This document shows positions 38,975 through 51,815 of a stretch of DNA of 63,985 nt, piece by piece. Origin of the DNA: Gekko japonicus (lineage: Eukaryota); the NCBI RefSeq assembly GCF_001447785.1, contig NW_015165239.1, positions 251,735-315,719 of the forward strand. Direction: 5' to 3'. The notes beneath the pieces were generated by a model. That model was not told the DNA's origin. It did not search any database and saw only the letters and a list, made by a program, of their open reading frames with translations. Made by a program: the position numbers and the translations under genes. The stretch's first letter is position 1; each line of letters starts with the position of its first letter.

Positions 38975-39210
38975 AAGTCTGAAGAAGTGAGCAGTGACTC
39001 ATAAAAGCACGTCCCTACCACAATTTTGTTAGTCCTTAAAGGTGTTACTGGATTCTTACTTTTTCTACTGCTATTACAAACCACAACATTAAAAAACCAG
39101 TGGGGAGATCATTTTAACCTTCCAGGATATCCAGTTGCTGACCTAAGAGTAGCAGTTCTCTTACAAAGGAATTTCAAAGGGAGATTAGAGACTGCTGAAT
39201 TGCAAAAGAT
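38975..39210 (+). mobile_element. Penelope-like remnant (terminal repeat with hammerhead-like core + GIY-YIG C-terminus)
   Basis: HFNLPGYPVADLRVAVLLQRNFKGRLETAELQ; CTGAAGA-A-GTGAG..CTCAT-AAAA core. Confidence 0.7.
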
Positions 39211-39520
39211 TTGCAGAACCTCTTCATACATGAATTGTATTTTAAGCTCTCCCCCCCCCACCCCCATTTTGACCCACCTTCAAATAAGAACTGGACTTTT
39301 GGGCTACTTTTAAAAAAATCATGAATTGTTTGCAGAAGCTCTTCATACATGAATTGTAGCTCTTCCCCTTCCCCTATCCCTTCCTCCAGCCATCTCTCCA
39401 GGCTGTCTGCAAAACTGCTGGCTGTTGCAGAGAGAGCACCCACACTCACTTTCTCCCTGGGACTGGCTGGCTGGGATTTTCTCACCCCCCCTTTGTTTCC
39501 ACCACAAAGAAAGCCATGTA

Positions 39521-41545
39521 GACTACATTGCCCAGCATGCCCTTGTGGCTCCTTACTTAGTGGGCAGGACCAATGTTCCCTCTAAGCTGTGGAGTATCCT
39601 GTGAGCAAAAATTCAACTTTGTGAGCTACCATCATTAAAGTTGTGAGCAGGCAGGTGATTTGGCTACTGCATAAATTAGTTTGCCCTGGACTGGAGCCAT
39701 CCTTCCTGAGCAAAGACAAAAATGTGTGAGCTGGAGGGTGAAAAACTGTGAGCTAGCTCAGACTAACTCAGCTTAGAGGGAACACTGCCGCAGGACTGGC
39801 TTGGCTGGAGCAGCTGGGACTGGATCACTCCTTCCCTCCCCCCTTTTACAGCCGGTTGAAATGTTTACCAACCTTTCCAAACCAGCCTGGGAGAAGGGAG
39901 AGTGTGAGAGAAGCCTTGCCTTGCATTTCAGGGAGCTTGCCGTTTAAAGGGATCATGTGTTGCTGCTGCTTCTGAATCCAGGCTTGGCAGCGGCCACAGC
40001 AGCAAAACGTCCTGCCTCTTCTCCCCTCCCCCTGGCCCCTATTTGCAAAGGCCAGATGGCAGCCATGCTCCTGCAGCCCTGGCTTGATGCTCCCCTCTGG
40101 GCGCTGCAAGCCAGCCTGCTTGGGGAGGCTGTGGGCAAGCTGAGCATGCTCTGAACACCCCCCTCTCCGACAAACAAACCCCGCTACCCACCACAGAGTG
40201 GCTTGATCGCTCAAGATGGTGGCAAGAAGTTTTTAGGAAGTAAAAAAAAAAGAAAGAACCAATGTTTGAGTCCAGTGGCACTTGGCCCCACCCCAAAAGA
40301 GTCCCTGCCAACCACCACACAGGAACACGCTGTGGCCCCCCCACCCCCAAAATGAGCCAACTTACCCTTGCAGCAGCAAGAATTTATTTTTATTTATTTA
40401 TTTATTACTATACCTAGAACCTGTAGATAATTATATACATCAACAGGTCATTATCATGTGGATATTTGCACAGATATAACCTTATCACTGACCTGATGAT
40501 TTGTCATGAGCTATATAGAAAATGGCAGATAATATACATTGTTGCGAGATTTGAAAAACTTTAGAAAACACTTCCTTATGTGATGTGCCATGTCTGTTCT
40601 TAATGTGTTGTCAGTTTTCCAGCCTCCTAGCACTGAAGTGTATTTTACTTTCTGGCATTTTATTGTGGTTGCAGGAAACCCTTCCTCCTCTTTGTTGACT
40701 GGCCCTTACTTTATGAGAATGAGGGTGAATCTCTTATACCCTTGCTAGAAAGAGACCCACCACACAGGAGCACGCTGTGGCCCCCCCACCCCCAAAACTA
40801 GCCAACTTACCCTTGCAGCAGCAAGAAGATGCACGTGCAGCCCCTCCCAGCTTGTTCCAGCCCGACTGAGGGCTCCTGGAAGCTGGCCCCAACTGCCCAG
40901 CCGCCCGCGTGCCCAAGTAGATTTTTTAGGATTCCGCTCATTCCCCAAGTTGCCTGCCAAGTTTGCCGCAGGTCCTTTTCACACACACACACCCGAGCTC
41001 GGGCCGGAGGAGGAGAAGGTGAGGATGGGTGGGAGCGGGGCGGGAGGGGGTAGAAAGCCAGCCAGGCCCGGTGGGGAGGATGGGGCAGCCCGGAGAAGCT
41101 CCCACCACTTAAGCCTGCCGCCACCACCCCACCTTGATGGTCCACAGCCCCGCCCTTCCAACATGATGAAATGGCAGCCCCGGAAGAAGCCCCAACCGGC
41201 ACTGGGAACCAGGAGAGGGACCGAGGGAGGGGGGCCCTGAGAGGTGGCGGCAGTGGTGGTGGTGGGAGGCGAGGCCGGGTGGGGGCGGGAGGGTTCTGCA
41301 GCCTCTGCCTGGGTGCATGTGCGTGGCTGGGGGTGCACTGTGTGTTGCAGCTGGCAGCGCCTTGGCCAGCCCCATTGCCTTATACGGCCACTTGGTCGGG
41401 TGCCCAGGTGGCTGTTCCCCTTTTGTTTCCCTCCTCCTCATCGTCCGGCCTGGCACTGGTTGCCCCAGGGGACTGGCACCAACTCCCGGAATTCTGTTCT
41501 GGTTCGAAATGACCCTTGGGAGAAAGGAACATGTGACGTCACTGC
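39521..41545 (-). promoter_or_regulatory. Decayed CpG-island promoter with a candidate non-coding first exon (donor GTAAGT near 40810)
   Basis: ZNF143-like GACTACATTGCCCAGCATGC (39521-39540); YY1-like motifs at 40053, 40212 and 41169; ETS CCGGAAG at 41180; GC boxes; NRF1-like at 41313; CArG-like at 41378; CRE TGACGTCA at 41534. Confidence 0.65.
39571..39787 (+). mobile_element. hAT-like MITE (same family as 33821-34027)
   Basis: Same TIRs and body; imperfect flanking repeat GGGCAGGAC/CCGCAGGAC. Confidence 0.85.
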
Positions 41546-43074
41546 ACATTCTGGTTCTCCATTTTGTTTTGAAGGACTGTCTGATCTGAACCACTGTGGA
41601 GAACAGAACCCCTCTCCAAACCTGTCTTTTTTATAACCAGCTTATTTAGTATTTAGTTGTCCCTATTGACCCAATCATTTTAGCTGCTGTTTGGGTTTTT
41701 AGTTAGATCATGGAAACAGGGTCTTCAGTTCTCTAACATCAAAGACACTACCATAAATTTACCAACAGGAAAAAGGATTTAAAAAATTGGACTGCTCAAT
41801 GGTTTGGCACAGTGGTCTTCAGACTTTCCAGACCCAGGACCCACCATGGGAACTTCTCAACTATAAGCATGTGGCAGGAGGACAAGGAGCCCGAATTATA
41901 ACTTCTATATTGAGGACTTTGGGTACTAGTCCGAAAGAGGTAGGGAGAGGAGGTGTAACATAGTAAGGAACAAGTTAAAGGTCTAAGCAGTGGAGGAATT
42001 GTCAGCACGAATGCAGCGAGGAGCAGAAGAACAGCAAGACAAAGTCACTCAGGTGTGCAAGGAAGAGAGGAAGGTGTTTGCATGTCCACTAGCAGAAGGT
42101 CCTTGCAAAAAGAGGTGCATGACCTATTAGGTGGGGATCCTACAGTCCACCAGAGCATTCTAATCCATGTGTTGATGATCACTGGTTTAGCACATACTGG
42201 GGTAGTCTTGTGCACTTCTGGATAACCAAAGTCTGACTTTTTGCCTCTTTCTGATGTTAGTGAGTTACCTGCTCCCTTCTTAGTCTGTGCCAGTGGATTT
42301 ATAGCAAGTAGTAACTCTAAGGAAATAGGAAGAGATGATTATTTCTAACTCTTTGGTTTACAGCACTTACTATTTTTGGATTCATTGGTAGCATGACACT
42401 AATCCGGAAATATCAGTAAACTTGTAGTGTATGGTTTCTTTGGAGACATTCACTTAGCACTTGACATCAAGCAGCTGATATCATTTGATGGAGTTAGAAA
42501 TCCTGTGGTGGCTTCCTTTCCTCTGCAGATTAATGGAATTAGGATTTATCTGACTATGTCAAGTTGATAGCTGCAATTTCTCATGTGAAAATAAAACCCT
42601 ATTGTGGTCAAGAAAGTGCAATGGATTCTAATTAAGTTTCCAAAATGTCTGGATAAACCCAAGTAATCTTTGTATAATTTAAATGAATCAATCTGCAGTC
42701 TGATAATAGTGTTGTTGCTTGGTCTTTACAGATGCATATATTTTCAGGAAATCTCTTTTTAAAAAACCTACCCTATTTCACTACAATTGATGCTGTCAGA
42801 TCTATATATAAGCTTTCTAACTTGTCTTGGAAGACAAAGAAAACCCCTGATGTTCCTAAAAACAGTCTTCAAGGAACAGGGAATCTGATGTCCACAGACA
42901 TGCATTGATATGAATATACTGATGAAGATTGGAATGGAGACATTTTTCTTCAGTTGAGTTGCTTGAGGATTTTTTCCAGTATTGAGTAACTGGCTTAGTT
43001 CACATGAATGACAACTAAAGTGGCAAAAGTTCAGCTCAGACTGAACGCTTATTACAATGTGTGTGGGGGGGAAC

Positions 43075-43199
43075 CCTACATGCTTTGCAACCCTGGTATT
43101 CCCTGGTGGTCTCCCATCCAAATACTGACCAGGGTTGACTCTGCTTAGTTTCCTTGATCTGACAAGATCATGGCAGCCTGGGTTGTCCAGGTCAGGCCC
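43075..43199 (-). mobile_element. 5S rRNA-derived SINE head
   Basis: Reverse complement GATCAAGGAAACTAAGCAGAG...AGTATTTGGATGGGAGACCACCAGGGAATACC. Confidence 0.7.
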
Positions 43200-43574
43200 T
43201 AGAGATATACTAAGTATTAATAAAAGTGATGAATTGAAAAGTAGTTCAATAAGTATTACTGCCTAAACCAATGAAGTGTTGTACAACAGTACAACTGACA
43301 AGATGCTGTCCATGGTCTTGTAATAGTACTAGGCAAGTAGAGCTGCCAGGTCTCTAGGACCCGCTGATGGGAGATGGAGGGTGAACTTACCTGGAGTGGG
43401 GAGGAATGCCAAAAGTAAATGTGATGTGCCTACATGACCCAGAAGTGATATAGGCATGTCAGGGACATTGGGGGTCAACACTCTGGTCTTTTGGGCAAAA
43501 CGTTGCCCAAAAACCAGAGCATTGCTCCCAATGTGCCTACGTCAGTTCTGGGTCACACAGGCATGTCACATAAT

Positions 43575-43714
43575 GGCTGTGGTCACACATACTAAATAAT
43601 CCACTTTCAGTGCACTTTCCAACTGGATTTTATTGTCTGAACTGGCAAAATCCAGTTGTAAAGTGCATTGAAATTGGATTGAAAGTGGATTATTTCCTGT
43701 GTGTGACTGCAGCT
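43575..43714. mobile_element. Palindromic Harbinger-like MITE
   Basis: Near-perfect hairpin GGCTGTGGTCACACA...TGTGTGACTGCAGC. Confidence 0.8.
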
Positions 43715-46700
43715 TTAATTTCCACATCCTTCCCTGTTTTTTTGGGGGGGAGTAACCAGTTAGTTGGATGGTGGTGGAGAGGTGGGGCCCAAACACAGGG
43801 GACCCCCACCCATCCCTAGCAAGTGAGCATCCAATGCTAAATTACAGAGATCTTTTTTCCTTTGCACAAACAGGTAGTGTGGCATATGTTACCTGAAAAT
43901 TGTTGAATGCCTAACAGTGAATATAAGTTGGGTCCTGACCATTTTCTTGGGCTTTCAGTGAAGTTGGCACATTTCCTATTGTCATGCCTGTTTAATTTGT
44001 TTGCAAGTTCCATTATTTCCCCAAACTGGTCTCTCTCTTCAAGAGCTACTGATCACTGAAACAAACAAGTGCAGGGCCCGGTGCAAAGCTTATCTGTTCT
44101 TCAGTACCATGTTGTTTAAGGAATATCATCCTCACGTGATATCTGGCCTCCACAGATAAGACTCCAGGCTGCCAGTGTGACATAGTCAGAAAGCAGGAAA
44201 TAAAGTGCATAAAGAGTAGACAGGTAAATGAACCAAGCCATGACTCAAAGCATATGTATCGTCTTAAATAGCACCTCCTGGTAAAGCTTCCCACTAAGCC
44301 TCTATTAAAGGGTCAGGACTTTTTTTTATCCAAGTCGTTTGCAGCTCTGCTGGGATTAATCGATGGTTTCTCTGTCAGATTATTGATAGGCCTTTTCTTA
44401 GACCTCCCATGCTCATATTAATTTCTGGTGAGTAAATTGATTGCTGCTGTCCTTCCCTTTCTCATTGTGAGATTTCCTTCTGAATATGCCTCCAGGTAAG
44501 GGGACATGAACTTTCTTTGTCTACAGTATGTGGTAGATTCCAAGTTTCACCACATGCAGGACAGTTCAGAAGAGTGTGTCCTGGGTAAAAATGACAACAT
44601 CTTGTTGCTTTCAAAATGAATGGCCTCTATGCCTTGTTGTTGGCCCTCTAGAATAACTGTTTGCCCGCTCTGTGAGACAGGATGCTGGACTTTCTGGACC
44701 ACTGGTCTGATACAGCAAGACCCTTAGGTTCTTATCAGTTGTTCATAATCCTTTACTCTATGGTAGCTTGTCCTACAGTATCTTCCGAAGCAGAGGCAGT
44801 TAGCAAACTGAACATAAATATTTCCTTTAAAACAACACTTAGAAATTTGAATAGAACAAGAAGGAACCTGCAAGATTTGTGGGGGAGGGGATCCCAACCT
44901 TCCCTGCCTTTGTTGGCTCACCTTCAGCTCCCTTGGAACCAACAACTGCCCTCAGCCTGGGCTCCCGTATACCTTCACAGGGAAACTCACAGGGAGGGGA
45001 ATACTTGCTTGGTTGCCTGCTCCCCTTGCTGCCCTGTCTGCCTGCTCACCATTTCCCGCATCCATCCCCCCCACCATGCCTACCCCCTTCCTCCCAATGC
45101 TCTTTCGACTCTGCCTAGCCATCTGTCCTTCACTCACTGGGCCCCTTCCCTGCCATGCTACTTCCTCTTCCCTTCTCACCGCTGCTGTTGCTTTGCCTGC
45201 TGGGCTGCTTGTTTTGCTGCCTTCCATTCTCTAGTCTCCCATTTCCAGCATTGCTGCTGTCCATCATTCCCCTTTCTCCTGATCTCTTGGCAGAACTTCC
45301 TAGTCCTCTTCCCCTACCTGTCCACCCACAGCGGCATTGCCATCTGGCTGAAGTGGGGGGCAACAGTGGCTCCAGTAGCTCCTGGTCCACCTCCCTACTA
45401 ACCTTAACAGGTGACAGTGTCAGGGCTGCTACTGGCAATGTGTTTTCCAGCATGTTTACGCTGGGCTGGCTCTTCCTCCTCCCTCTGCACATGTGCAGAC
45501 AGCATTCCTATTTTTTTCTGTGGGGTATTTAAATCCCCACCTTTCATGGTTTGTAACGTTTCAGATTATTTATTTTTTTGCAAGCCTGGGGAGGTCCCCG
45601 GAGTTTGAAGAAATACCTGTTTTCTGTCAGCATGGCCCCAATTTATGGAAATAAGTATCCACAGATGGGGCCATCTTGATTATAGATATATTGATTCTTA
45701 ATCTCTATTTATATTTAGAATTGCAGCAACTCAGACATGACCCATGCTGTGTGTGTGTGTGTGTGTGTGTGTATGTAATATGTGTAGAAGAGGAGGAGGG
45801 GTGGAGAAAGAAACAGTAAGCTGGAAAATGACATCTTCCCATTAAGGTGAAATTGGGACAGGTAGCATGACACAGGCCCTGATACACATGAACCATGGGA
45901 ATTGGAATGTAAGCATGTGCCCCAGTGATCACACAGGCTTCCTTACAGTGATAGCGAACACTGAAACAAGGACAGGCTGTTCTGCGCTGACTTCACAGTT
46001 TCCAAGTTTATGTTCAGTTGCAATATCAAGCAACTTTTTTCATTTTAGTCCTTCACTGTTGTCAGGTTGATATATTTTAGACTGATCATGAATATGACAA
46101 TTAGGTTTATGACTTTTCAGAGGCAGCCTTGAACGATCCACTTACCTTGTTGCGTTTAAACTTCATTTCGATCATTGCTCACTTTTCCCAGGATGGCTTT
46201 GAAATATTAAAACAGATTGCATGCCAGACCCCAAACTAGCTCATACAAAAATTCTAACACCTTCTTTTGAATTGTTCTCAGTATTTAAGACTGAAGTTGT
46301 CCCTGCCTTCCTGCTCCCCTCCACAGTCCTGAAAAGCCACTTCCCTTGGTTAAGAGGGTTGCCAGCTGTGAGCTGGGAAATTCAATTTATTTATTTATTA
46401 GACTTTTAGTCCACCCTCCCTGCACAGCAAGGCTCAGGGCAGGTAACAACAAGCTAAAAACAATACGTTAATTATTAAAAACAAATTAACATAACACAGC
46501 AAGTTGAGAGTAAAATCAGATCAGATGGCGACTTAGGTCACTAATGTGCTAATGCCATAAAGTCCACCTTCCAAAGCGGACATTTTCTCCAGGTAAACTG
46601 ATCTCTGTCTCCTGGAGATCAATAGTAATCCTAGGAGAACTTCCGCCACTAACTAGAAGTTGGCAACCCTATGAAGTAATCCCCAGGAATGTTATAGGGG

Positions 46701-47357
46701 TCTGCAGTCAGGAGGGGAAATAGGTGAACATTGCTGGTTCCTCTTGCAAAAGTGAGACAGTCCTTCTGCTCATGGAGCTTGGATCTAACTGTCCTTATTC
46801 ACAAAAATAAATGAGTGGAACAAATATTTAAGAATTAAACTTAAATTGTTCTTATTGAACTACAAGCCCCACAATGCTTTGCTTGTTACCCAGAGGCAAA
46901 TTGCTGACTGTGCATTAGGCTTCCCAAGTCCCCCCGGGGGACAGGGAAACCCCCGCCCCAGAGGCCCATTCCCCGGTGCTGCCGGATCGGGCCCCAGGGG
47001 GAACTCCTCCCCGACGTGTGCGTCACCTGGAAGTGACGCGACCACACCGGGCACGCGTGGTCAATAAAAGTAGAAAGACAGCAATTTAGCCTGCTTCCCC
47101 CCCTAAGAACTGATGGGTTTATTAGCCATACCTTTTTATAGCTAAACTGACTTCTAGGAAGATTTTCAGTATTTAAGAATAATATACTATTAGGTATTGG
47201 ATGTAAATATTACAAACTCTTCTAAAAATAGGGTTTTAATTTTTTTAGTAAAGTCAAGAAATCTGTCTTTAATATTTTCTTTATTTCATGTGTCATAACA
47301 ATATTAGCATTTATATAGTGCTTTCAGTGTTCAAAGCTTTTGGTGAAGACAATCATA

Positions 47358-48075
47358 GGCCCTGGTCAAGCGGAGAATTAGCCATGTGATAGGGACGGCT
47401 GCCATGCGGATTTTATGGGCGCAATCACACATGAACATCTGGCAAGTGTCCCACACCCGTAAGTGAAAAGTACTGGGTTCGCTGCATGGAGGACTCGGAC
47501 AACGACATGAGTTTGCACACGTTTATTGTACTTAACACAAGACTAACTCAAACGGCCCTACAAGGCCAACTATGTACACACCCACCCAGCACAGCCCTAG
47601 TCCATTGGAGGGTTTGAATAGGGAAAGTGCAGTATTTTCCAGAAAACGTGCGGTGTGGGCAGGCGTCGGATCACAGAAGTACTGGTATCCCATAGCATCC
47701 GGCGCCCATCTGCATCCTGTCTCACACCGGATGTTTTGTTTAAGCCTCTGTGGTATGCACACAGATGTGGAGCTGCACATGCACACTGTTCTATGGTTTC
47801 ACTTCTGTGGTCATGCGCAGGCAGGACCTCCGGCTGGGAAAAAAAATGCCTGTGAGGTCGGGAAGCGGCGGCTTGTGATCGCCGCATGTGTGATCGCGCC
47901 ATGCCACTTCTTCCCCTCCCCTTGCCACACTTCACTGTCGCCGTGTGATCATGGCTGGGGGCACGCGCGCGGAGCATCAAGGGAAACGTCTGATCATGAT
48001 ACCACACTTCATTTTGCTTTGGAGCAAAAAGCCTCACACACACCCCCGGATTATCTCACTCGTGTGGCCGGGGCC
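47358..48075. mobile_element. Harbinger-like MITE
   Basis: TIR GGCCCTGGTCAAGCG...CGTGTGGCCGGGGCC; TSD ATA; CpG-rich. Confidence 0.75.
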
Positions 48076-48309
48076 ATAGTAATCTTTACGGCTGCAACAG
48101 CCTTGTAAGATGTGTGTTTGTTGTGTGCCATCAAGTAGCTTCCAATTTATGCCAACCCTATGAATTAATGACCTCCAGAACATCCTATTATTAAAAGCCT
48201 TACTCTGATCTTGCAAACTGAAGGCTGTGGTTTCCTTTATGGAGGCAGTCCATCTCATGTTGGGTCTTCCTCTTGTCCTACTGCCTTCAAGTTTTCTTAG
48301 CATTATTAT

Positions 48310-48671
48310 GGCTCCGGTCACAGGCTGGATATCGCGGGGGGAGGTGTGGCTAATTGCCCCGGTGCAGTTTGATGCGCGATTACGCAAGCAGATGTGCCGG
48401 CGGCACACGACGGGTCCTTTCCTCAGCGCTGGTGGGTAAACGAGGGACCGGAGGGGAATGCCGCAGGACGGCGCGGTCACACCATGGGCGTCTGGAGGCA
48501 GCCCGTGGCAAACGTTTACTAGTACCTTGGAGGTACTCGTTTTTTAAGGCGCATTGTCAACGGTAAGCCACAGGTGCGCTCCACTTCCCAGATGTTGGGG
48601 TGTGATCGCACCCGGATAATCCGCCCACCATCCATGCCTCTTCCGCAGCAACTTTGCCGTGTGACTGGGCC
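48310..48671. mobile_element. Harbinger-like MITE inserted in an old RTE 3' fragment (48112-48705, minus)
   Basis: TIR GGCTCCGGTCACA...TGTGACTGGGCC; TSD TAT; the host reads LRKLEGSRTRGRPNMRWTASIKE. Confidence 0.75.
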
Positions 48672-50008
48672 TATGTTTTCCAGTGAGTCTTCTCATAATG
48701 TGACCCTGTAAGGGAGGTCTGTAGTTGAAAAACTGGGGTGGAGAGACAGAGAGGCTTACCCAAGGTCATTTAGTAAATTTGTGGCTCAGGTGAAATTTTA
48801 ACCTGTAACTTCCTGTGTTTTCATTTAATCTCATCTATTACATCAGCTACAGTAAAAGTAGCTGCTTTTCGCAGTACTATAGCTGAACTCAAAGAACCCC
48901 TTTAAATAATATGTCCTTAGCTCTCTGCTTCACCAATTAAAAGTGACCTCTTATTAATCACCTGAAGCTGTAGGTCATTATTCTACCAATTAAAGTTTGC
49001 AGGACTAGTTAAGACAAAAGAGTTTCTTTGATCTGAGGAAGCAATTAACTATAAGCTAAAACTGGGGAAGAAGGGAAGGGAGGAACCCCATAAACTGATG
49101 GGTATCCAGCTAGTAGGGTGATTGCTATGGTGATTCCCCTCTTTCTCATGCTCCCCCATGAATATAACTTGTATTCTGCAAATAGTGGTGTGTACTTGAG
49201 TTGCTGGACTGGCGAAAAATCTCTTTTCCCAAGTGCCAGGAATGAATGTAATGGCTTATCCTATTTTTAGACTTAAGTCCCTGACTGCCAGTACCACACA
49301 AGCCTGATATTACCTTGTAATAGGGAAGTTCATACTTCAGTGAGCAAGCTTGCAAAGATTTAGGTCTAGCTAAAACATCCCAAGCATGTCTTCTACCCAA
49401 GGAAAGGTCAAGACTATTTTGCACCACACACCCCTTAGAAAATGGGAAGCACTAGAGACTGGGCTGGGGGGAGATAATGGCTGCCTTGTGCACTGCAGCC
49501 AATGAAGGGGCAGAGAAGGACAAGCAGTTTAAATCTGTCCTTCTCCATTTGGCTCATTTTTGCTGCAAAGGTATCTGTCCTTCTCTCCGTATGGCAACAA
49601 TATGGAACTACCTGGTCACTGTGGGACAGAGGAGGAATTTTTTTTTGGGGGGGTGTCCCTATTTTGTACTTATTTGTAATAAGTTTGTACTTATTTTGCA
49701 GGATCACATGCAATTCTAAAAGAGCAAATGTGGCACATAATGATGGGGGAGGGTTCTGATTCTTACATAAAACTGTTAAAACAGAAAATGCTTTCCTGAA
49801 TTTTAAGTATTTTTGGCCTCATTCCTTAGATATGCTTAAATTGTATAACATTTCCAGCTTCTATGAGTAGATACCTCATATGAATACGAATGAGTGAATA
49901 ACTGCCCATTTCCTTTCAATTCTGAAGTGAAGAACACAGAAACAGACTAGAAAATTGACTGCTCAACAATCATTCAGATAGTGAATTTCAGGTCACACTT
50001 TGTGTAGT

Positions 50009-50009
<1 letters not shown>

Positions 50010-50084
<75 letters not shown>
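50010..50084. repeat. (GATA)n microsatellite
   Basis: Seen directly. Confidence 0.97.
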
Positions 50085-50085
<1 letters not shown>

Positions 50086-51673
50086 AATTTATTGTGTAGC
50101 CATTAGCCATTACAATTCACTTTATGTAATGGGAAAAACAAATAACCTCTGAGCATATATAAAAAATGTTAGACCACTGTAATCTCATGATCATTAAAAT
50201 GTCTTATTCCATATATTGGAGGAACACAACAACAAAAAATGTGACCATATTTACTTTGTGCAGTCTTCTGTTTTGGAACCTTCACTGAAATGTTGGCAAT
50301 TGAAGTCATACACTTACTACAAAGTTTATTTCAGAATAACTGATGCAAGGTTCCAACCAAACATTCTCAAAAGTGAAAGGATTCTCCCCCCCACACACCG
50401 AGCACTTACACTGAACAATCAAAAAAAGTGAGCATAAATCAAAGCAAACTGGGGGGGAGGGTTCTCTCATCACTACTTCACAGCACAACCATTTAGTGCT
50501 GTAATAATTTACTAGAGCCAGAGTTGGGCCACACTTTGCTCTTTTTAAACACCAAACTAATATCTCCTAAAAAGGAGAATAAAACTAACAAGTCCATTGA
50601 CACTATGGGATCACTTAAGAGTGTATGCATATTCTGTCTCTGATCCTCCTTCTGGTCATTCTTCAACTACATGTTCACATAGTGGAGTCAAAGCCACTTG
50701 TTATCTCTGCTAATAGTGACTAAAGCTGACTGATATAAGCATGTGGCCCCCTTGGCCAATTCACAGTAACAGCCAATTACTACCATTCATCATTCTTCAC
50801 CAATAGCTACAATCTGTCCCAGCAAATGGCTATGCCATTATCATACTAAAGGCTACTAATGGCTATGCCATTATCATACTAAAGGTTTTGAAAGGTGAGA
50901 TTCAGTCCTATAGTTTGTTTTTTTAAAACATACTTCATTTAATCTGCTTCTCATATGCTGGAGCTTTCACGCAACCTTCATCAATTAGTCGTATAGGTTT
51001 TAACCAAATAGTTGATTAAATCTGCATGTATTTGCAGAGAAATAGCAACAGTTTTGAAGAAAAACTGTAAACATTGAGGTCAAAAGGCTATGAGATGCAA
51101 AAGGTATAGTCTGTGACATATCTATGCAAAAACTCAAAATGCCCATAGAATAAGCAAACTGGGTTAGCTTGTGGAACTGGAAGATGAGGACTTCTTTGAC
51201 TACGAAAAAGGCTAAGCCAGCAATCATGAGTAGGGATGTGTACCTCAAAAAAAAAGAAGGAATTTTTCAGGCCTAGATACCAGGAAGCCAAAAAATATTG
51301 GTATTCCTAGCTACCCAGGTTCCACATACTGGTTTGCTATTTGGAACTGGGATTGGGGTGGAATCTGATATTATTCAGTTTCATTATTCCCTATGGGGGA
51401 TCTTTATGGGTGGTTGAAAGAGCTGATTTTTAAGATAATGGCACCAAAATTGCAGCAGAGCTATTAGTGTCTGTCCACTAAATACCCCCAAGAGAAGCCT
51501 CCGTACTAAGAAGACCTGCCTGACACCAGGAGAAATGCCGAACAAACTGGACCACCGGAGAAAAACCGAAGCCGGAGCCAGAAACAGCGCAGCTAACCCG
51601 CCACTTGGGGGCCGGTAGGGAATCCCCACCACCACGAAGTCCAATTCTATGGGCCCCTGAGCAAGGTGCCCTT

Positions 51674-51815
51674 TTGTTGTTGTTATTCAGTCGCACAGTT
51701 GAGTCCGACTCTTCGCGACCCCATGGACCAGATCATGCCAGGCCTTCCTGTCTTCCGCTGTCCTCTGAAGTTTGCTCAATTTCATGTTCGTTGCATCTAT
51801 GACACTGTCTAACCA
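51674..51815 (-). mobile_element. BovB 3' end
   Basis: Highly similar to 36632-36770. Confidence 0.85.

Noticed and set aside
40734-41636. Overlapping ORFs in the GC-rich island
   Set aside because: Expected from high GC content; none matches a protein I recognise.
43075-43199. 5S rRNA gene
   Set aside because: Diverged and joined to a SINE tail; treated as a 5S-derived SINE.
44682-45401. 239-aa ORF
   Set aside because: Pyrimidine-rich low-complexity sequence with no recognisable motif; probably a TE interior.
49314-49340. HEXIM-like PYYK motif (HEXIM genes neighbour FMNL1 in human)
   Set aside because: Only four residues match; the basic region and PYNT motif are absent.
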